A stretch of DNA of 64,000 bases from an uncultured Chlamydiae bacterium (GCA_963696295.1 CAVOJR010000001.1:1376001-1440000); one strand, 5' to 3'; shown: positions 47,224 through 58,723, counted from the stretch's first letter. Program-made: numbers and translations. Notes: a model not told the origin generated them from the sequence alone.

Positions 47224-48951
47224 TCACTGTCCGAAAATGATCGAGGCCGGCACGCGGAATTTGTTATAAAGGCGTCTGAAGAATCTCGGCTGCTTGTGCT
47301 TCTCTCCCTTCTCTATAGTCACTGGAATCAGCGGGTAATCGCCAATATTCTGAAACAGTTCGGAAGAGCGGATTTTTTTCACCTCATCAAACACGTTTGG
47401 CTGATCGGTAAAAATACACACCGATAAACCCAGTTTTAAGGTCCCCTGGATCGATTTCATCGAATGCCCGTCATTTTGCAGGGGGTCGATAGAAGGAATG
47501 CTCACAACGCTTAAAAGGCGGTAAAATTGGCTCAGCCAATGAGGCTTCGTCTTATTCTCCTGTTTGATAAAAAAGCGCATGCGCCTGCGCTGTCCGCTTA
47601 ACATGAGCAGCGTATCATTCCACGCCGTGTGGGTGCAGATGTAAATCGCAGGGGTAGTAGGGATATTGCTCGATCCGTAGTAGGTCGTCTGAAAATGGAG
47701 CCTGGAAAGCATTGTGCCTAAAAACCTGGTCAGATAATCGAAAAATTGGTACGTCACGATCAAGTTGACGAAGAGAGTGATGACGCCGATGATGGTAAAC
47801 CCCTTAGCGGCACTGAAGCCTAAAATTTCCGTATTCACATAGAGAAGCCCGGCAGCCAGCAGGACGCCAAAAAAGCTGACAAAATTGGTCGCTGCGATAA
47901 TTTGGCCGCGCGATTCGTTCGGGCTTTCGATCTGAATGAAAGAATCCATCGGAATTTCATACATGCCTCCAAACATTCCCGCCAGAATGACCAGTGGGAT
48001 CACCGCGCTCAATTGGGTGGTGTTGAGCAGCAGGCAGCAGGTCAGCAGGCCGATCCCGGCGATGGGCACCAGTCCGAGCTCGGCGGTTTTTCCCGAAATT
48101 TTCCCGGCTAAAATCGAACCAAAGGCAATGCCTAAGGCGGTTATCAAAAACAGATACCCTCCCTGAAAATCGGTCAAATGGAGAGACTGCACGGCGAAGG
48201 GGATCAGATTGAGCTGAAGATAAGCTCCTAGGAAAAGGAAGAAAGCCGATCCGAAGATGGACATCAGAAGAGAGGGTCTTTTGCCGGCCATTTTCAAAGT
48301 GGAAAAGATCTCTTTTAAAAAGAGGATATTAAACCTCTTTGTAGAACCCAAAGGGGGCGTGTACTCGATGCAAAAGCTTGTGATCATGCCGACAAGAGCG
48401 ATAAAAGTTCCGAAGATGGAGGCCAAAACGAAATTCCTGTTCGTTATATCCGTGACGAATGAGGCTAGGAAGGTGCCGAGAATAATCGCGAGAAAGGTGA
48501 AAGAGGTGAGCAGGCCATTGGCCTCCGATATCTTGTCCGTGGCGACGATTTCTGGGATGATCCCATATTTCGAGGGGCCGAATATGGCGCTTTGCGTGGC
48601 GAGCAGAAACAGGATGCAGTAGGCGCCATATTCACTCTCATAGGCGAAGACCATAATACTGAACGCCGTAATGACCAGTTCCAAAATTTTGGTGAGGACA
48701 ATAATGTTTCTTTTGCTGAACCGGTCGGCCAAAACCCCAGAGGATGCGGAGAAGAGGAGGAAGGGGAGGACGAATACGGCGCCAGTGATCGCTAAAATCG
48801 TCGGGCTGTTTTCTACACCCCTCAGGTCGATCAAAAAATAGACGACGAGCAATTTATAAATATTATCAATAAGCGCCCCGAGAAATTGGGTAATATTTAA
48901 GTAGGTATAAGAAGAAAACAATCTGTTATGGAATAGGCTCATAGGGCTCAC
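47224..48951 (-). CDS. MFS transporter (LplT/YgeD-like) fused to a degenerate acyltransferase domain
   Basis: TQFLGAL.DN.YK, G.LADRFSKR and FGPSKYGIIPE; about 12 TM helices plus a soluble C-terminus. Confidence 0.85.
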   Translation of the reverse strand: MSPMSLFHNRLFSSYTYLNITQFLGALIDNIYKLLVVYFLIDLRGVENSPTILAITGAVFVLPFLLFSASSGVLADRFSKRNIIVLTKILELVITAFSIMVFAYESEYGAYCILFLLATQSAIFGPSKYGIIPEIVATDKISEANGLLTSFTFLAIILGTFLASFVTDITNRNFVLASIFGTFIALVGMITSFCIEYTPPLGSTKRFNILFLKEIFSTLKMAGKRPSLLMSIFGSAFFLFLGAYLQLNLIPFAVQSLHLTDFQGGYLFLITALGIAFGSILAGKISGKTAELGLVPIAGIGLLTCCLLLNTTQLSAVIPLVILAGMFGGMYEIPMDSFIQIESPNESRGQIIAATNFVSFFGVLLAAGLLYVNTEILGFSAAKGFTIIGVITLFVNLIVTYQFFDYLTRFLGTMLSRLHFQTTYYGSSNIPTTPAIYICTHTAWNDTLLMLSGQRRRMRFFIKQENKTKPHWLSQFYRLLSVVSIPSIDPLQNDGHSMKSIQGTLKLGLSVCIFTDQPNVFDEVKKIRSSELFQNIGDYPLIPVTIEKGEKHKQPRFFRRLYNKFRVPASIIFGQ

Positions 48952-49040
48952 TTATAAAAAATATTTTTAAACGCTTTTTTTACCACCATCAATATACATT
49001 ATTTTCGCATTTTTATCATCCGATTGTTACGATAGGAGGC

Positions 49041-52000
49041 ATGTCGTCTTTATTTGTGTATTTTAGCAATAGTGTAGAATTTCTATACGAAAACTTAAAA
49101 AAAAGGCTTTTTACTTACGGGGAGCCTTTTATAAAAAGAATCATTGTCGTCCCAAATCCGGCGATGAAATCCTGGCTGATGGTGCGGCTGGCGTCGGACA
49201 AAGAGGTCAAAATTGCCGCCGGCGTGCAAATCACGCAGCTGGACGCGCTCCTCCAGACATCCCCCCGCTCTCTGGAGCTTTCATTAAGCATCGAAGCAGA
49301 GATTAGAAAAAATTTGAAGGGTGAGGGCATCTGGCAGCCGCTTAAGGAGTATCTCAATTCGGATCAAAGAATAACGGCCCTTTCCGATGAGCTGGCCCAT
49401 CTTTTCCAACTCTATGGCAAGTATGGGGAAAAAATGCTGGAAGAGTGGATCGATGCCTCTTCAGATTGGCAGCAGGAGTTGTGGAAAAGCATCTATCAAA
49501 AATACGGCTGGCCTTTTTTATCCGATTTGAAATGGGAGCTTGATCCCTCGGCTCAGGTCCATCTCTTTTGCCTAAGCCATTTGAGTTTGCGGCAGCACCT
49601 GTTTTTTACTAAATTGCCGCAAAAAGTTTGTTATTATCAGCTCTCCCCTTGCCAGCACTTCTGGAGCGATCTCGCCTCCTATCGGGAAGCCTGTTGGCTG
49701 CAAAGAAGGCTCTCTTTAAAAAATTGGAACGCCCTGGAGGAATACCTGCGCGATTGCCATCCTATATTGGCTAATTTTGGAAGGCTTGGCCGCGAAATGG
49801 CTTTGCAGATCGAAGAGAGCGACGCGGTGACCTATGAAAAATATTTTCTTCCTTCAGGAGCCCTCCAGCTGGAGCCCTATCTGGAATTGACGACCCATGA
49901 AGAGGAAATCAAAGAGCAAAATCAGCCTCTGACCCTGTTGCAGGCCATTCAGACCGACATGCTGCTTTTGCGAAATCCTAAAGAAATCATCGGTTTAACC
50001 GAAGGGGAGTCGGTGCAGATCCATAGCGCTCCCTCTCTTTTTAGAGAAATCCAAATTTTACATAATAATATTTTAGACCTTATCCACCGCAAAGGGGTGC
50101 AGCCGGGAGACATTGTGGTGATGGCGCCCGATATCATGGAGTATTACCCATATATTCCCATGGTTTTCGATGAGACTCAAGTAAAGTATCAAATAAACGA
50201 TGTGCCGGTCTCATATCAAAGCTCTCTTATAAAGTCGTTTCTGTTTTTGTTAAGTTTAAGCCTGGGGCGCTTTGACGCCCATTCGGTTTGGCAGCTTTTT
50301 GAGGACGCCCGCTTTCAAAAGAAACAAAAATGGCAGCCGGACGACCTTTATCTTATCCAGCGCTGGTTGAAGGAAGCCCGGGTTTTATGGGGAGAAAACA
50401 GCGCGCACAGAAAGGAAATTTTGCAGCGGAATTACTGCGAAGGCGCGATGGATGACGGACAAATGATCGGCACCTGGGAATGGGCCTTTGGCCGCCTTCT
50501 CGAAGGCTTGGCCATGAGTCATGACGAAGAATTTAACGCTTTGCCCATTGTGGAAACCACCGAAATGGATCTTTTGGGGCGCTGGATCCACTTGATGCGC
50601 ACTTTAAGAGATGATTTGCGCGTTTGTACGGATGGGACTGCGATGAGCCTCGCGCACTGGGCGGATTACCTGCAGAGGGTTTTAGAGAGCTATTTCACCC
50701 TCGATTCCTTATCGGATGCCGACGACGCCCTGATTTTGCAAATCGAAGTATTCCGCACTCTTCCCGTTGAGGATTCCTTTACTTTTGCGACCCTCTTTCA
50801 TCAACTGGAAAAGAGCTTAACGCAAAAGGTTTTGCCCTATCGGGAGAGGAACCTGAACGCCGTCCGCTTCTCCTCATTGCTTCCCATGCGGGCCGTACCG
50901 GCCGACATAATTGCCCTGTTGGGCATGCAGGAGGGCAGTTTTCCGAAAGTGGAGCGAAAATCCCCTCTGGATCAGCTTAAGGACCATCCAAAGCGCGATT
51001 TTATCCCAGGGCAGACGGATTATGACCGCTACCTCTTTTTAGAACTCCTCCTGTCGGCCAGAAAAGGGTTGCTGATAAGTTATCAGGGGACAAATTCACG
51101 GGATGGGGAAAAGCAGGCTCCATCAATTCTCGTTTCTGAAATTTCGGCTTATTGCGACCAGGCCTATTCGGTTCAGGGCAAAAAATGGTCCGGAATGTTC
51201 CACGTAGAGCACCCCTGCTTTCCCTTTGACAGCCGCTATTTTTCGAAGGATAAAATGCTGTTTAGCTATTCGGAAGAGCACTACCGGCTGGCGTTGGCCT
51301 ATTACCGGGAAAAGGACCCTCCTCATAGTTTTATCGCCCAGTTTGACGGCAGCGCTCCAAGCGCGGAAATTTCCCAAGTTTCCATTTCCCAGCTGAAGGC
51401 CTTTGCGAAGAATCCTATCCGCGCCTATTTTCATCAAACGCTGGGAATGTATCTCAAAGATGACAAATCCAAACTTCAAACGGAAGAGCCGTTCGGCCTT
51501 AATGCCCTGGATAAGTACACCCTAAAAACCGAAGCCATTCTGCAAGATCCCGAATTCGTTCTGAAAAAAGCCGAAAAAGAGGGGCGTTTGCCTTTCGGCA
51601 GATGGAAGCAGCTGGCCTGTCACACCATCCATGAAGAGGTGGCAGAGCTCAAGTCGACTTATGCCGATTTGAAGATAGAAGAGCTTTTTACGATCGAGCT
51701 TTCCGACAAGGTCCAAGGGGTGGAAAAGGAGGGAAAAAACTGGAAAGTGCCAGTTCTAAACGTAGCTTGCGGAGCGGGTATCCAGGTGGTGATATCCGGG
51801 AAGCTGACAGAGGTGTGCGCCGAAGGATTTGCCTTCAATGGTAAGAATGAGCGCGCCGACGCTATAAAAGCCTATCCCCTTTTACTCGTCTTAAGCTGCC
51901 TGATTAAGAACTACGCGCTGCCTGTAAAGCCGCAGCTTCTTTTTACCAAAAGCGGGCATGTCAAAACCCCGTTTTATGAGGACGCCGAAAAGCAGCTTGC

Positions 52001-52259
52001 AGAATACATGGGTTACTATGTTCAGTCTATGCTTAATATGTCTCCCCTTCTTCCGGAGTTTACCCATGAAATATTGCGTAAAGAGGGTAGTGAGCTTGAA
52101 AAAGCGCTGTCTCAAAAGGTGCAAAACCCCCATCAGCCCTTCTATAATGAGGAATTAATCTGGGCTTTACAGGGCGGAAAACTTCCGGAGGCGGGAACCC
52201 TTTGGAAGGAAGCCGCTGAGAAAATTTACAAAGAAATGCTATCTCATTGGTATGAATAA
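49041..52259 (+). CDS. recC: Exodeoxyribonuclease V gamma subunit
   Basis: IVVPN, SPCQHFWSD, DIVVMAPDI, LLPMRAVP and DRYLFLE. Confidence 0.93.
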   Translation: MSSLFVYFSNSVEFLYENLKKRLFTYGEPFIKRIIVVPNPAMKSWLMVRLASDKEVKIAAGVQITQLDALLQTSPRSLELSLSIEAEIRKNLKGEGIWQPLKEYLNSDQRITALSDELAHLFQLYGKYGEKMLEEWIDASSDWQQELWKSIYQKYGWPFLSDLKWELDPSAQVHLFCLSHLSLRQHLFFTKLPQKVCYYQLSPCQHFWSDLASYREACWLQRRLSLKNWNALEEYLRDCHPILANFGRLGREMALQIEESDAVTYEKYFLPSGALQLEPYLELTTHEEEIKEQNQPLTLLQAIQTDMLLLRNPKEIIGLTEGESVQIHSAPSLFREIQILHNNILDLIHRKGVQPGDIVVMAPDIMEYYPYIPMVFDETQVKYQINDVPVSYQSSLIKSFLFLLSLSLGRFDAHSVWQLFEDARFQKKQKWQPDDLYLIQRWLKEARVLWGENSAHRKEILQRNYCEGAMDDGQMIGTWEWAFGRLLEGLAMSHDEEFNALPIVETTEMDLLGRWIHLMRTLRDDLRVCTDGTAMSLAHWADYLQRVLESYFTLDSLSDADDALILQIEVFRTLPVEDSFTFATLFHQLEKSLTQKVLPYRERNLNAVRFSSLLPMRAVPADIIALLGMQEGSFPKVERKSPLDQLKDHPKRDFIPGQTDYDRYLFLELLLSARKGLLISYQGTNSRDGEKQAPSILVSEISAYCDQAYSVQGKKWSGMFHVEHPCFPFDSRYFSKDKMLFSYSEEHYRLALAYYREKDPPHSFIAQFDGSAPSAEISQVSISQLKAFAKNPIRAYFHQTLGMYLKDDKSKLQTEEPFGLNALDKYTLKTEAILQDPEFVLKKAEKEGRLPFGRWKQLACHTIHEEVAELKSTYADLKIEELFTIELSDKVQGVEKEGKNWKVPVLNVACGAGIQVVISGKLTEVCAEGFAFNGKNERADAIKAYPLLLVLSCLIKNYALPVKPQLLFTKSGHVKTPFYEDAEKQLAEYMGYYVQSMLNMSPLLPEFTHEILRKEGSELEKALSQKVQNPHQPFYNEELIWALQGGKLPEAGTLWKEAAEKIYKEMLSHWYE

Positions 52260-52267
52260 GGATTTTC

Positions 52268-55200
52268 ATGCGTCATTTTGATATTCTCGACAGGAATACT
52301 CCCATCCACCAAAACACGCTCTTAGAGGCGTCGGCAGGAACGGGCAAAACCTTCTCGATTGAACACCTGGTCGTAAGACTGCTGATCACGGGCGAAAATC
52401 CCCCCGTCCTATCCCGTCTGCTGGTAGTCACGTTCACCCGGGCAGCCACTAGAGATTTAAAGATGCGCATCAGGCAGAACATGGAAACCGCGCTGCAAAA
52501 TTTGCGAAATCACTCCTCCGCCTTTGATTATTTGAACGCCATCCTGGAAAAGGGGGAAGCGGAGCGCTTGCAGGCGGAAAGGCGGTTAGAGAGCGCTTTA
52601 TACTGCTTTGATCAAGCCCAAATTTACACCATTCACGGCTTTTGTTTGCGCATGCTGAAAGACCATGGATTTGCAGCAAATATCAGAGTCGATCTGCCGG
52701 AGAGTGAAAATCCTTTATCTAAAAGCGAAGTGTTGGAACTGATCAAAGATTTTTTTCGCACTGATTTTAATAAATATAGTTTGGCTGAAATTAAACTGGT
52801 GATCGGAAAACTTTCCGTGGAAAAATTTCAGGAGCAACTCCTCCATCTTTTGATCAATAGCAAAGAGATCGAAAGACAATACAGCTATCAGGAGGCCTTT
52901 TCCCTATTTCAAGAGAGAATGAGGCTGTTGAAAAGAGAAGGCTTTACAGCAAACGATATTCTTCAGCGGGTAAACCTTTATAAAGGCTTAAAGCCGGAAA
53001 ATCAAATGCAGCTTGAGGGCTTTGCCAAATTGTTGGAGCTGGAGGAGTGGACGGAAAAGGAGTTTGATTGGCTAATCCTGGATCAGCTCTCGATATTAAA
53101 ATTGTTCGACAAATCCAAGCTGAGATCCAAGCAGACAGATGTGAATCGTTTTTACCGATTTAAAGAACTGCTCTTGCCGCTGATCCATGAAGGGGTTATT
53201 TTGGCTAAAATAGCCTCCGACTGCCAACAGAGATTTTATCATTATTTGGAAAAGTCGGAAAAGTACCGGTTCGATGACTTGCTTCAGATGATGAAAAACG
53301 GCTTGTCCCATCCACAGTTCAAAGCGCGGGTTCAGGCGCAGTTCTCCTTGGCAATCATTGATGAATTTCAGGATACCGACCCTGTTCAATGGGATATTTT
53401 CCGCGATCTCTTCCTCCAGGCTGGGCATCACCTCTATCTGGTCGGGGATCCCAAACAATCCATCTACGCCTTTAGACAGGCTGATATTTACACCTATTTG
53501 CGCGCCCAGGCAGATATTGGACCTCAAAACGCAGCCTCATTGACGACCAACTACCGCTCGCAGCCCTCTTTGATCCGCGCCTTAAATGCCCTCTTCTCCA
53601 AGCCGGGCTTCCTGGCTTTGCCCAAACTAAAGAGCTATCTGCCCTATCGGGAAATCAAACCAGCGCCAAAAGCTGCGGATTATCCCTTTAAAGATGGCAA
53701 AGGCAGTGTGCATGTCGCCTGGCATGAATGCAGCGGCAAATTTTCCCTGGAGCCGCTGGAACAAACCGAATTTTTTCCCTTTGCCGCCCAAGAAATAAAG
53801 CGGCTGGCAGAACAGGAAAACTTCCACTATTCCCAAATCGCCATTTTAGTGGCCGACCGATATCAGGCTGCGCGCCTGATGACCTTTTTACAAAAATGGC
53901 AAATCCCCGCTGTCAACCAAAAGCAGCAGAGCTTATTGGAATCCCCGGCCTACACAGGCATGAAAGATCTGATTCAAGCTCTATTGAATCCAAAAGACCT
54001 CTCTTCGGTAAAGCTGGCGTTGGGAGGGGGCATTTTTGGATGGACGCACCATCGCATCAAAGACGTGGATCTGATAGAGGTTTTGCGCCTCTTCATTGAG
54101 CTGCACCAGCGCTTATTCACGGAAGGGTTTGGATCCTTATTTAAAAAGCTCCTCTCCGCCAAATTTTTTAACGCTGAAACGACCCTTGCAGAACAGATAT
54201 TGTCGCGAGTTGAAGGGGATCAGTTTTATTCCGATTTGAATCAAATAGCGGAATTACTGATTGAAAGCCGGGCGCAGCCGGAACAGTTGCCGCTGGAGCT
54301 GGAGCTGCTGGTGGAAAGGGGGCTCGATGATGATCCTTCGATTCAAAGAAGATTTGCTCCAAACGCGAATGCAGTCAAACTATTGACTATCCATTCCAGC
54401 AAGGGATTGGAATTCGATGTCGTGATAGCGCTTGGTTTGATCAAGCGCGTCAAAATATCGGAGAGTTTTATTCCCGTGCAAAAGGAGGGGAAAACCAAAC
54501 TCATTCCTGTCATTGATGAAGAGAGCGAGGCATACATAGACTATTGCGAAGAGATGAATGCCGAAAAAATGCGCCAGCTCTATGTGGCCTTGACGCGTGC
54601 CAAATACCGGGTTTACATTCCCTTGGCCACCCCCTTGTCGGAAGAGATGATGAACTGCTCCCCTATGGATCTGTTCCTGGCCCATTTCACTCCTGCTTCC
54701 TTGCGGCAGCTGGCGGAGAGCGGCGAGATCGGTTTAACGGAATTGAATGGAAATTATACTATAGGCCCTGTGAAGTTGGAGGAAACAGCGCCGGTATTGA
54801 CGGCTCCTGAAGCAGTTACTCTCCTCCTTCCGGCAAAAAAGATAGCCTCTTTTTCACTGCTTGCCAACCAGACCGAAACTGGGGAGTATGAGAGAATTAA
54901 GCTGGAGTTATCCAATGAAATAAAGTCGCCTCACACCTTGCCCGCCGGAAGCCATACAGGCAATCTCCTCCATTTGATTTTGGAAAAAATCCCGTTAGCT
55001 CAGGCCTTTGAGTGGACTTTGCCGGAATTTGAACGCTATCTCGCGCCCTTTGTCAATCATTCCCCATTCAAAGGGTGGGCGGAGGTTTTAAGCGAAATGC
55101 TTTATAATGCCATGACCGTTCCTCTTTTGGATTCCTTTGCTTTAAATGAGATCGATCCTGCAAAAACCTGTCGGGAGATGGAGTTCCTTTATGAGGAAAC

Positions 55201-55504
55201 TCTATATCCCATCACTCATATGAAGGGGTTTGTGGACCTCGTGTTCCAGCATAAAGGTCTTTATTACCTCCTTGACTGGAAAAGTAACTGGCTGGGGCAC
55301 TCATGCGATGATTATCAACGGCAGCACCTGGAGAAATGTATGCTGAAGCACGATTACTTTTTGCAGGCGGACATTTACAAAACCGCTTTGAAAAAGTATT
55401 TGGCTTTAGTGGACGACCGCCCATTTGATCAAATTTTCGGTGGAGTTTTCTATGTATTTTTAAGAGGGCTTGCCCCCGGCCGCGGAATATATCATCTGGA
55501 GTAA
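52268..55504 (+). CDS. recB: Exodeoxyribonuclease V beta subunit
   Basis: EASAGTGKT, DEFQDTD, VGDPKQSIY, TIHSSKGLE and GFVDLVF..LDWKSN. Confidence 0.95.
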   Translation: MRHFDILDRNTPIHQNTLLEASAGTGKTFSIEHLVVRLLITGENPPVLSRLLVVTFTRAATRDLKMRIRQNMETALQNLRNHSSAFDYLNAILEKGEAERLQAERRLESALYCFDQAQIYTIHGFCLRMLKDHGFAANIRVDLPESENPLSKSEVLELIKDFFRTDFNKYSLAEIKLVIGKLSVEKFQEQLLHLLINSKEIERQYSYQEAFSLFQERMRLLKREGFTANDILQRVNLYKGLKPENQMQLEGFAKLLELEEWTEKEFDWLILDQLSILKLFDKSKLRSKQTDVNRFYRFKELLLPLIHEGVILAKIASDCQQRFYHYLEKSEKYRFDDLLQMMKNGLSHPQFKARVQAQFSLAIIDEFQDTDPVQWDIFRDLFLQAGHHLYLVGDPKQSIYAFRQADIYTYLRAQADIGPQNAASLTTNYRSQPSLIRALNALFSKPGFLALPKLKSYLPYREIKPAPKAADYPFKDGKGSVHVAWHECSGKFSLEPLEQTEFFPFAAQEIKRLAEQENFHYSQIAILVADRYQAARLMTFLQKWQIPAVNQKQQSLLESPAYTGMKDLIQALLNPKDLSSVKLALGGGIFGWTHHRIKDVDLIEVLRLFIELHQRLFTEGFGSLFKKLLSAKFFNAETTLAEQILSRVEGDQFYSDLNQIAELLIESRAQPEQLPLELELLVERGLDDDPSIQRRFAPNANAVKLLTIHSSKGLEFDVVIALGLIKRVKISESFIPVQKEGKTKLIPVIDEESEAYIDYCEEMNAEKMRQLYVALTRAKYRVYIPLATPLSEEMMNCSPMDLFLAHFTPASLRQLAESGEIGLTELNGNYTIGPVKLEETAPVLTAPEAVTLLLPAKKIASFSLLANQTETGEYERIKLELSNEIKSPHTLPAGSHTGNLLHLILEKIPLAQAFEWTLPEFERYLAPFVNHSPFKGWAEVLSEMLYNAMTVPLLDSFALNEIDPAKTCREMEFLYEETLYPITHMKGFVDLVFQHKGLYYLLDWKSNWLGHSCDDYQRQHLEKCMLKHDYFLQADIYKTALKKYLALVDDRPFDQIFGGVFYVFLRGLAPGRGIYHLE

Positions 55505-55506
55505 TC

Positions 55507-57159
55507 ATGAATTTAGAACTAACTGCTATCGATAAAGCTTTTGCCAAACATTTTCTAGGCGAAGATGCGAGAGATGATTGCCTCTCATTTCTCTCTTATC
55601 TTCTGGCATCCGCCCGCTCAGGCCACCTATGTGTTCAAGAGGACGAACAGGGGTTGCTTCCCCACCCAAAAGAGATTTGGCCGGAAGCGGACTGGCAAGA
55701 CGAAAGCCTGATGAAATGCCTCAAAAGCGGTTTGCAAAACCTCCCGAAGCGCCTGATAAGCCCATCTCTATTGACACCGCTTTACTGCGACGGCCATAGC
55801 ATCTATCTGCAAAAGAACTGGATACTTGAGACACAAGCTATTCATCTGTTTCATCAGTTACTTGACTCCAGGCCGGATAAAGAGATTGATATGCAAAAAG
55901 TGGAGGAAGCGCTGAAGCGCCATGTTAGCGAATCTATCTTGACAGCAGAACAAGCTCAAGTGATCAAGGCCGGTTGTCAAAGTTGTCTGACCCTGATTGC
56001 CGGCGGTCCCGGAACCGGGAAAACTTACACGGCCGGCCATCTCATTTCGCTCCTTAATCAGTCCGGACAGCCGTTAGAAATTGCCCTGGCCGCTCCTACA
56101 GGAAAAGCTGCGGCGCGTTTGCAAAATAGCATTCAAGCCGCTTCTCGCCATCCGGTCAAATTGAAAGCAAAAACTCTGCATAGCTTGTTAGAGGTGAAAA
56201 AATATCGGGAAAATGAAGAGTTTACACTATCCGCGGACATTGTTTTGATCGATGAATGTTCCATGATCGACATCAAGATGATGGTAAAGCTTCTAAGTTC
56301 TCTGAAAAAAGGAGCGCGTTTGATTTTGCTGGGAGATCCTTGTCAGCTTCCTCCGGTGGAATTGGGTAATCTTTTTGCAGACTTTGTTTCCTATTTAAGA
56401 AAAAATAAAGGGGAAAGGTTTACCGAGCTGACAGGCTGTTTGAGGGTCGAAAATAGCGATCTGATAGCTTTGGCGCAGTTGGTGAATCAAGGGGAATGTC
56501 AAGCCGCTTTACATTTTGTAAAAAATTTAAAAGGTTCATGCTTAGATATTTACTTTAAAAATGAATCGGTGAATGAGCTTGTGGATATCATACACGCCCG
56601 CTTTGCAACTCTCGAAGAGCAGCTTATCAACATTGATGATTTATCTGCCTTGCGGCTGTTCGAAAAATTCAGAGTGTTATGTCCCTTGCGCGGCGGCCCA
56701 TTGGGAGTCGATTTATTAAATAGGGAAATCGACCTCGCCAGAACCAGCCAATCAATCAGGTATATACCGATCATCCTGAATCGGCACGCGAAGGATTTCG
56801 ATTTATTTAATGGCGACACCGGTCTTTTAGTCAGAGGGAAAGAAAAGGAGGCTTATGCTCTCTTTGAAAAAAAAGGCGAGGAGTCCGTGATGAAAATACC
56901 GGCTTGCCTATTGCCTTCTTTTGACTTAGCCTATTGTTTATCTGTTCACAAGTGTCAGGGAAGTGAGTATGAGGGGGTATTTCTGGTCCTGCCAAATGGT
57001 TCTCAAGTTTTTGGGCGCCAAGCACTTTATACAGCAATCACACGAGCAAAGCGGAAGTTGGCTATCTGGTCCGCTCCTGAGGTGTTTCAGCAAATGGTGG
57101 AACAAAAATATGCCCGTTTATCAGGTTTTGAAAGGCGTTTCCACCATCTAATTTCCTGA
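55507..57159 (+). CDS. recD: Exodeoxyribonuclease V alpha subunit
   Basis: GGPGTGKT, APTGKAA, IDECSMID, GDPCQL, HKCQGSEY and YTAITRAK. Confidence 0.95.
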   Translation: MNLELTAIDKAFAKHFLGEDARDDCLSFLSYLLASARSGHLCVQEDEQGLLPHPKEIWPEADWQDESLMKCLKSGLQNLPKRLISPSLLTPLYCDGHSIYLQKNWILETQAIHLFHQLLDSRPDKEIDMQKVEEALKRHVSESILTAEQAQVIKAGCQSCLTLIAGGPGTGKTYTAGHLISLLNQSGQPLEIALAAPTGKAAARLQNSIQAASRHPVKLKAKTLHSLLEVKKYRENEEFTLSADIVLIDECSMIDIKMMVKLLSSLKKGARLILLGDPCQLPPVELGNLFADFVSYLRKNKGERFTELTGCLRVENSDLIALAQLVNQGECQAALHFVKNLKGSCLDIYFKNESVNELVDIIHARFATLEEQLINIDDLSALRLFEKFRVLCPLRGGPLGVDLLNREIDLARTSQSIRYIPIILNRHAKDFDLFNGDTGLLVRGKEKEAYALFEKKGEESVMKIPACLLPSFDLAYCLSVHKCQGSEYEGVFLVLPNGSQVFGRQALYTAITRAKRKLAIWSAPEVFQQMVEQKYARLSGFERRFHHLIS

Positions 57160-57446
57160 AATCTAAGAAAATAAAAATAAAAGAATTGACACTAATCATT
57201 GATATTATTTAACGTAAAATATGTAAAACATGGATGGGGAATTGACCGTCTATGACCCTTTTTGACTTCAGTGAAATAGCTTGAGAATATAGCTAAAAGT
57301 GATATATTGGGTAAAACAAACTAAAAAAGTGTAAAGACCGGTGCCGAATTGTCGCATAGGTAAAGGCACCGCAAAAAGTTTTAGAAAAAAAGAGCAGCCG
57401 TGTCATCGACATAGGTTAGCCAAATTAAAAATGAAGGAGTTTTAAC

Positions 57447-58712
57447 GTGCGTAAATCAGTAATCGTATGTTTGTTGATGCTAGCAGCTTTTTCTGTTGAA
57501 AGAGCTTGGTCATCGTCTTACCAATTTCAATGCTGCAACTGCTGTTCCGTGAGAGAAGCTTCGGCAGAATTTAGACTTGGTACCCGCACTGATGATTTTG
57601 AATGGAGATTCAGAGATAATTCTGTTGATGGCGTTTTAGGAGTTATTGATCCGCTTATATCTTATTTTGATGAAGAAGCAGGCGATATCGCCACGTTTTT
57701 AAATGGAACGCCTGTAGCCTGTGTAATCAACAAACTTTTGGGTTTCAACAATAACTACAAAAGTCATTGGAGAAAAATGCGCATGGTCAATTTGGGTTTT
57801 GAAGGAAAAATAGATACCAATTGCTGTGTGTATGCTAGAGGTACAGCTAATTACGGTTGGATTGCAGACGGTACTTACCAGCCTCGTGGATATTATGAGG
57901 GTAATGGCGAGCTGTTCGAAAACCTTCTTTCCGATTTCGGGCTGGCACCGTCTGCAGATAAAAAAGTGAGAGGCTCTGTCTGGGATGTTTCCGGAGGTAT
58001 TGGCTATAACTTCAGGCTGGCCTGTGATACCTTTGAGTTTGCCCCTCTAGTCGGCTGGTCTTATCATAATGTGCATTTCCGCACTGACAGGTACAGAAAT
58101 TTTACTGAGCTTTTCGGCCAACTCAATGAAGTATTAGAACAGGCGGACTTGGGTGATCTCGGAATCGTAGCGTTTACTTCAGAATCAAGAGCGCGTTATA
58201 ATTCCTATTGGACAGGTCCTTGGATTGGTTTTGATACCGTGTATAACTGGGATTGCCGTTTGTCATTGGTTTGCAGCTTCCAATACCATTATGCCCGTCA
58301 AAATGGAAAGGGTAATGTGAGAAGTTATGATCAATATTTCCAATCCGAGGAAGTTGATTTTCACTTCGATGATTTTGCGGTAGGTTCTTCAGCAGATGAC
58401 TATGGCCGCCTTGCTTTCGATTCAGATGCCCATTTCAACACACGTGTGAATCTAAGAGGATATTTCATTGGCGGTGGTATTAATTACAATTTGAACGATT
58501 GCTACTATGCCGGTTTCCATGTGGATTATTGGAATATGAGAAAAGTTCAAGAGGGACATGTTAGAGTGGAAACTGACGCACACGAATTTACTGCAGGTTT
58601 TAGCTCAACCAGTGATTTCAGGGATGATCAGTTAAGCGAAAGAGATATCTGCTTGAATTATATGAAATGGACTTCTTTGCGGTTTAATCTCGTGGTTGGT
58701 GTCAACTATTAA
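57447..58712 (+). CDS. Cys-rich outer-membrane beta-barrel protein (chlamydial MOMP/porin-like)
   Basis: Signal peptide, Cys clusters, WDVSGGIGY, YWTGPWIG and terminal aromatic Y; AAGGAG RBS, GTG start. Confidence 0.75.
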   Translation: MRKSVIVCLLMLAAFSVERAWSSSYQFQCCNCCSVREASAEFRLGTRTDDFEWRFRDNSVDGVLGVIDPLISYFDEEAGDIATFLNGTPVACVINKLLGFNNNYKSHWRKMRMVNLGFEGKIDTNCCVYARGTANYGWIADGTYQPRGYYEGNGELFENLLSDFGLAPSADKKVRGSVWDVSGGIGYNFRLACDTFEFAPLVGWSYHNVHFRTDRYRNFTELFGQLNEVLEQADLGDLGIVAFTSESRARYNSYWTGPWIGFDTVYNWDCRLSLVCSFQYHYARQNGKGNVRSYDQYFQSEEVDFHFDDFAVGSSADDYGRLAFDSDAHFNTRVNLRGYFIGGGINYNLNDCYYAGFHVDYWNMRKVQEGHVRVETDAHEFTAGFSSTSDFRDDQLSERDICLNYMKWTSLRFNLVVGVNY

Positions 58713-58723
58713 AACAATGAAGG

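Noticed and set aside
57301..57440. Cyclic-dinucleotide riboswitch upstream of the OMP gene
   Set aside because: A hairpin and GCAAA are present, but the consensus elements could not be matched; an Rfam scan would be needed.
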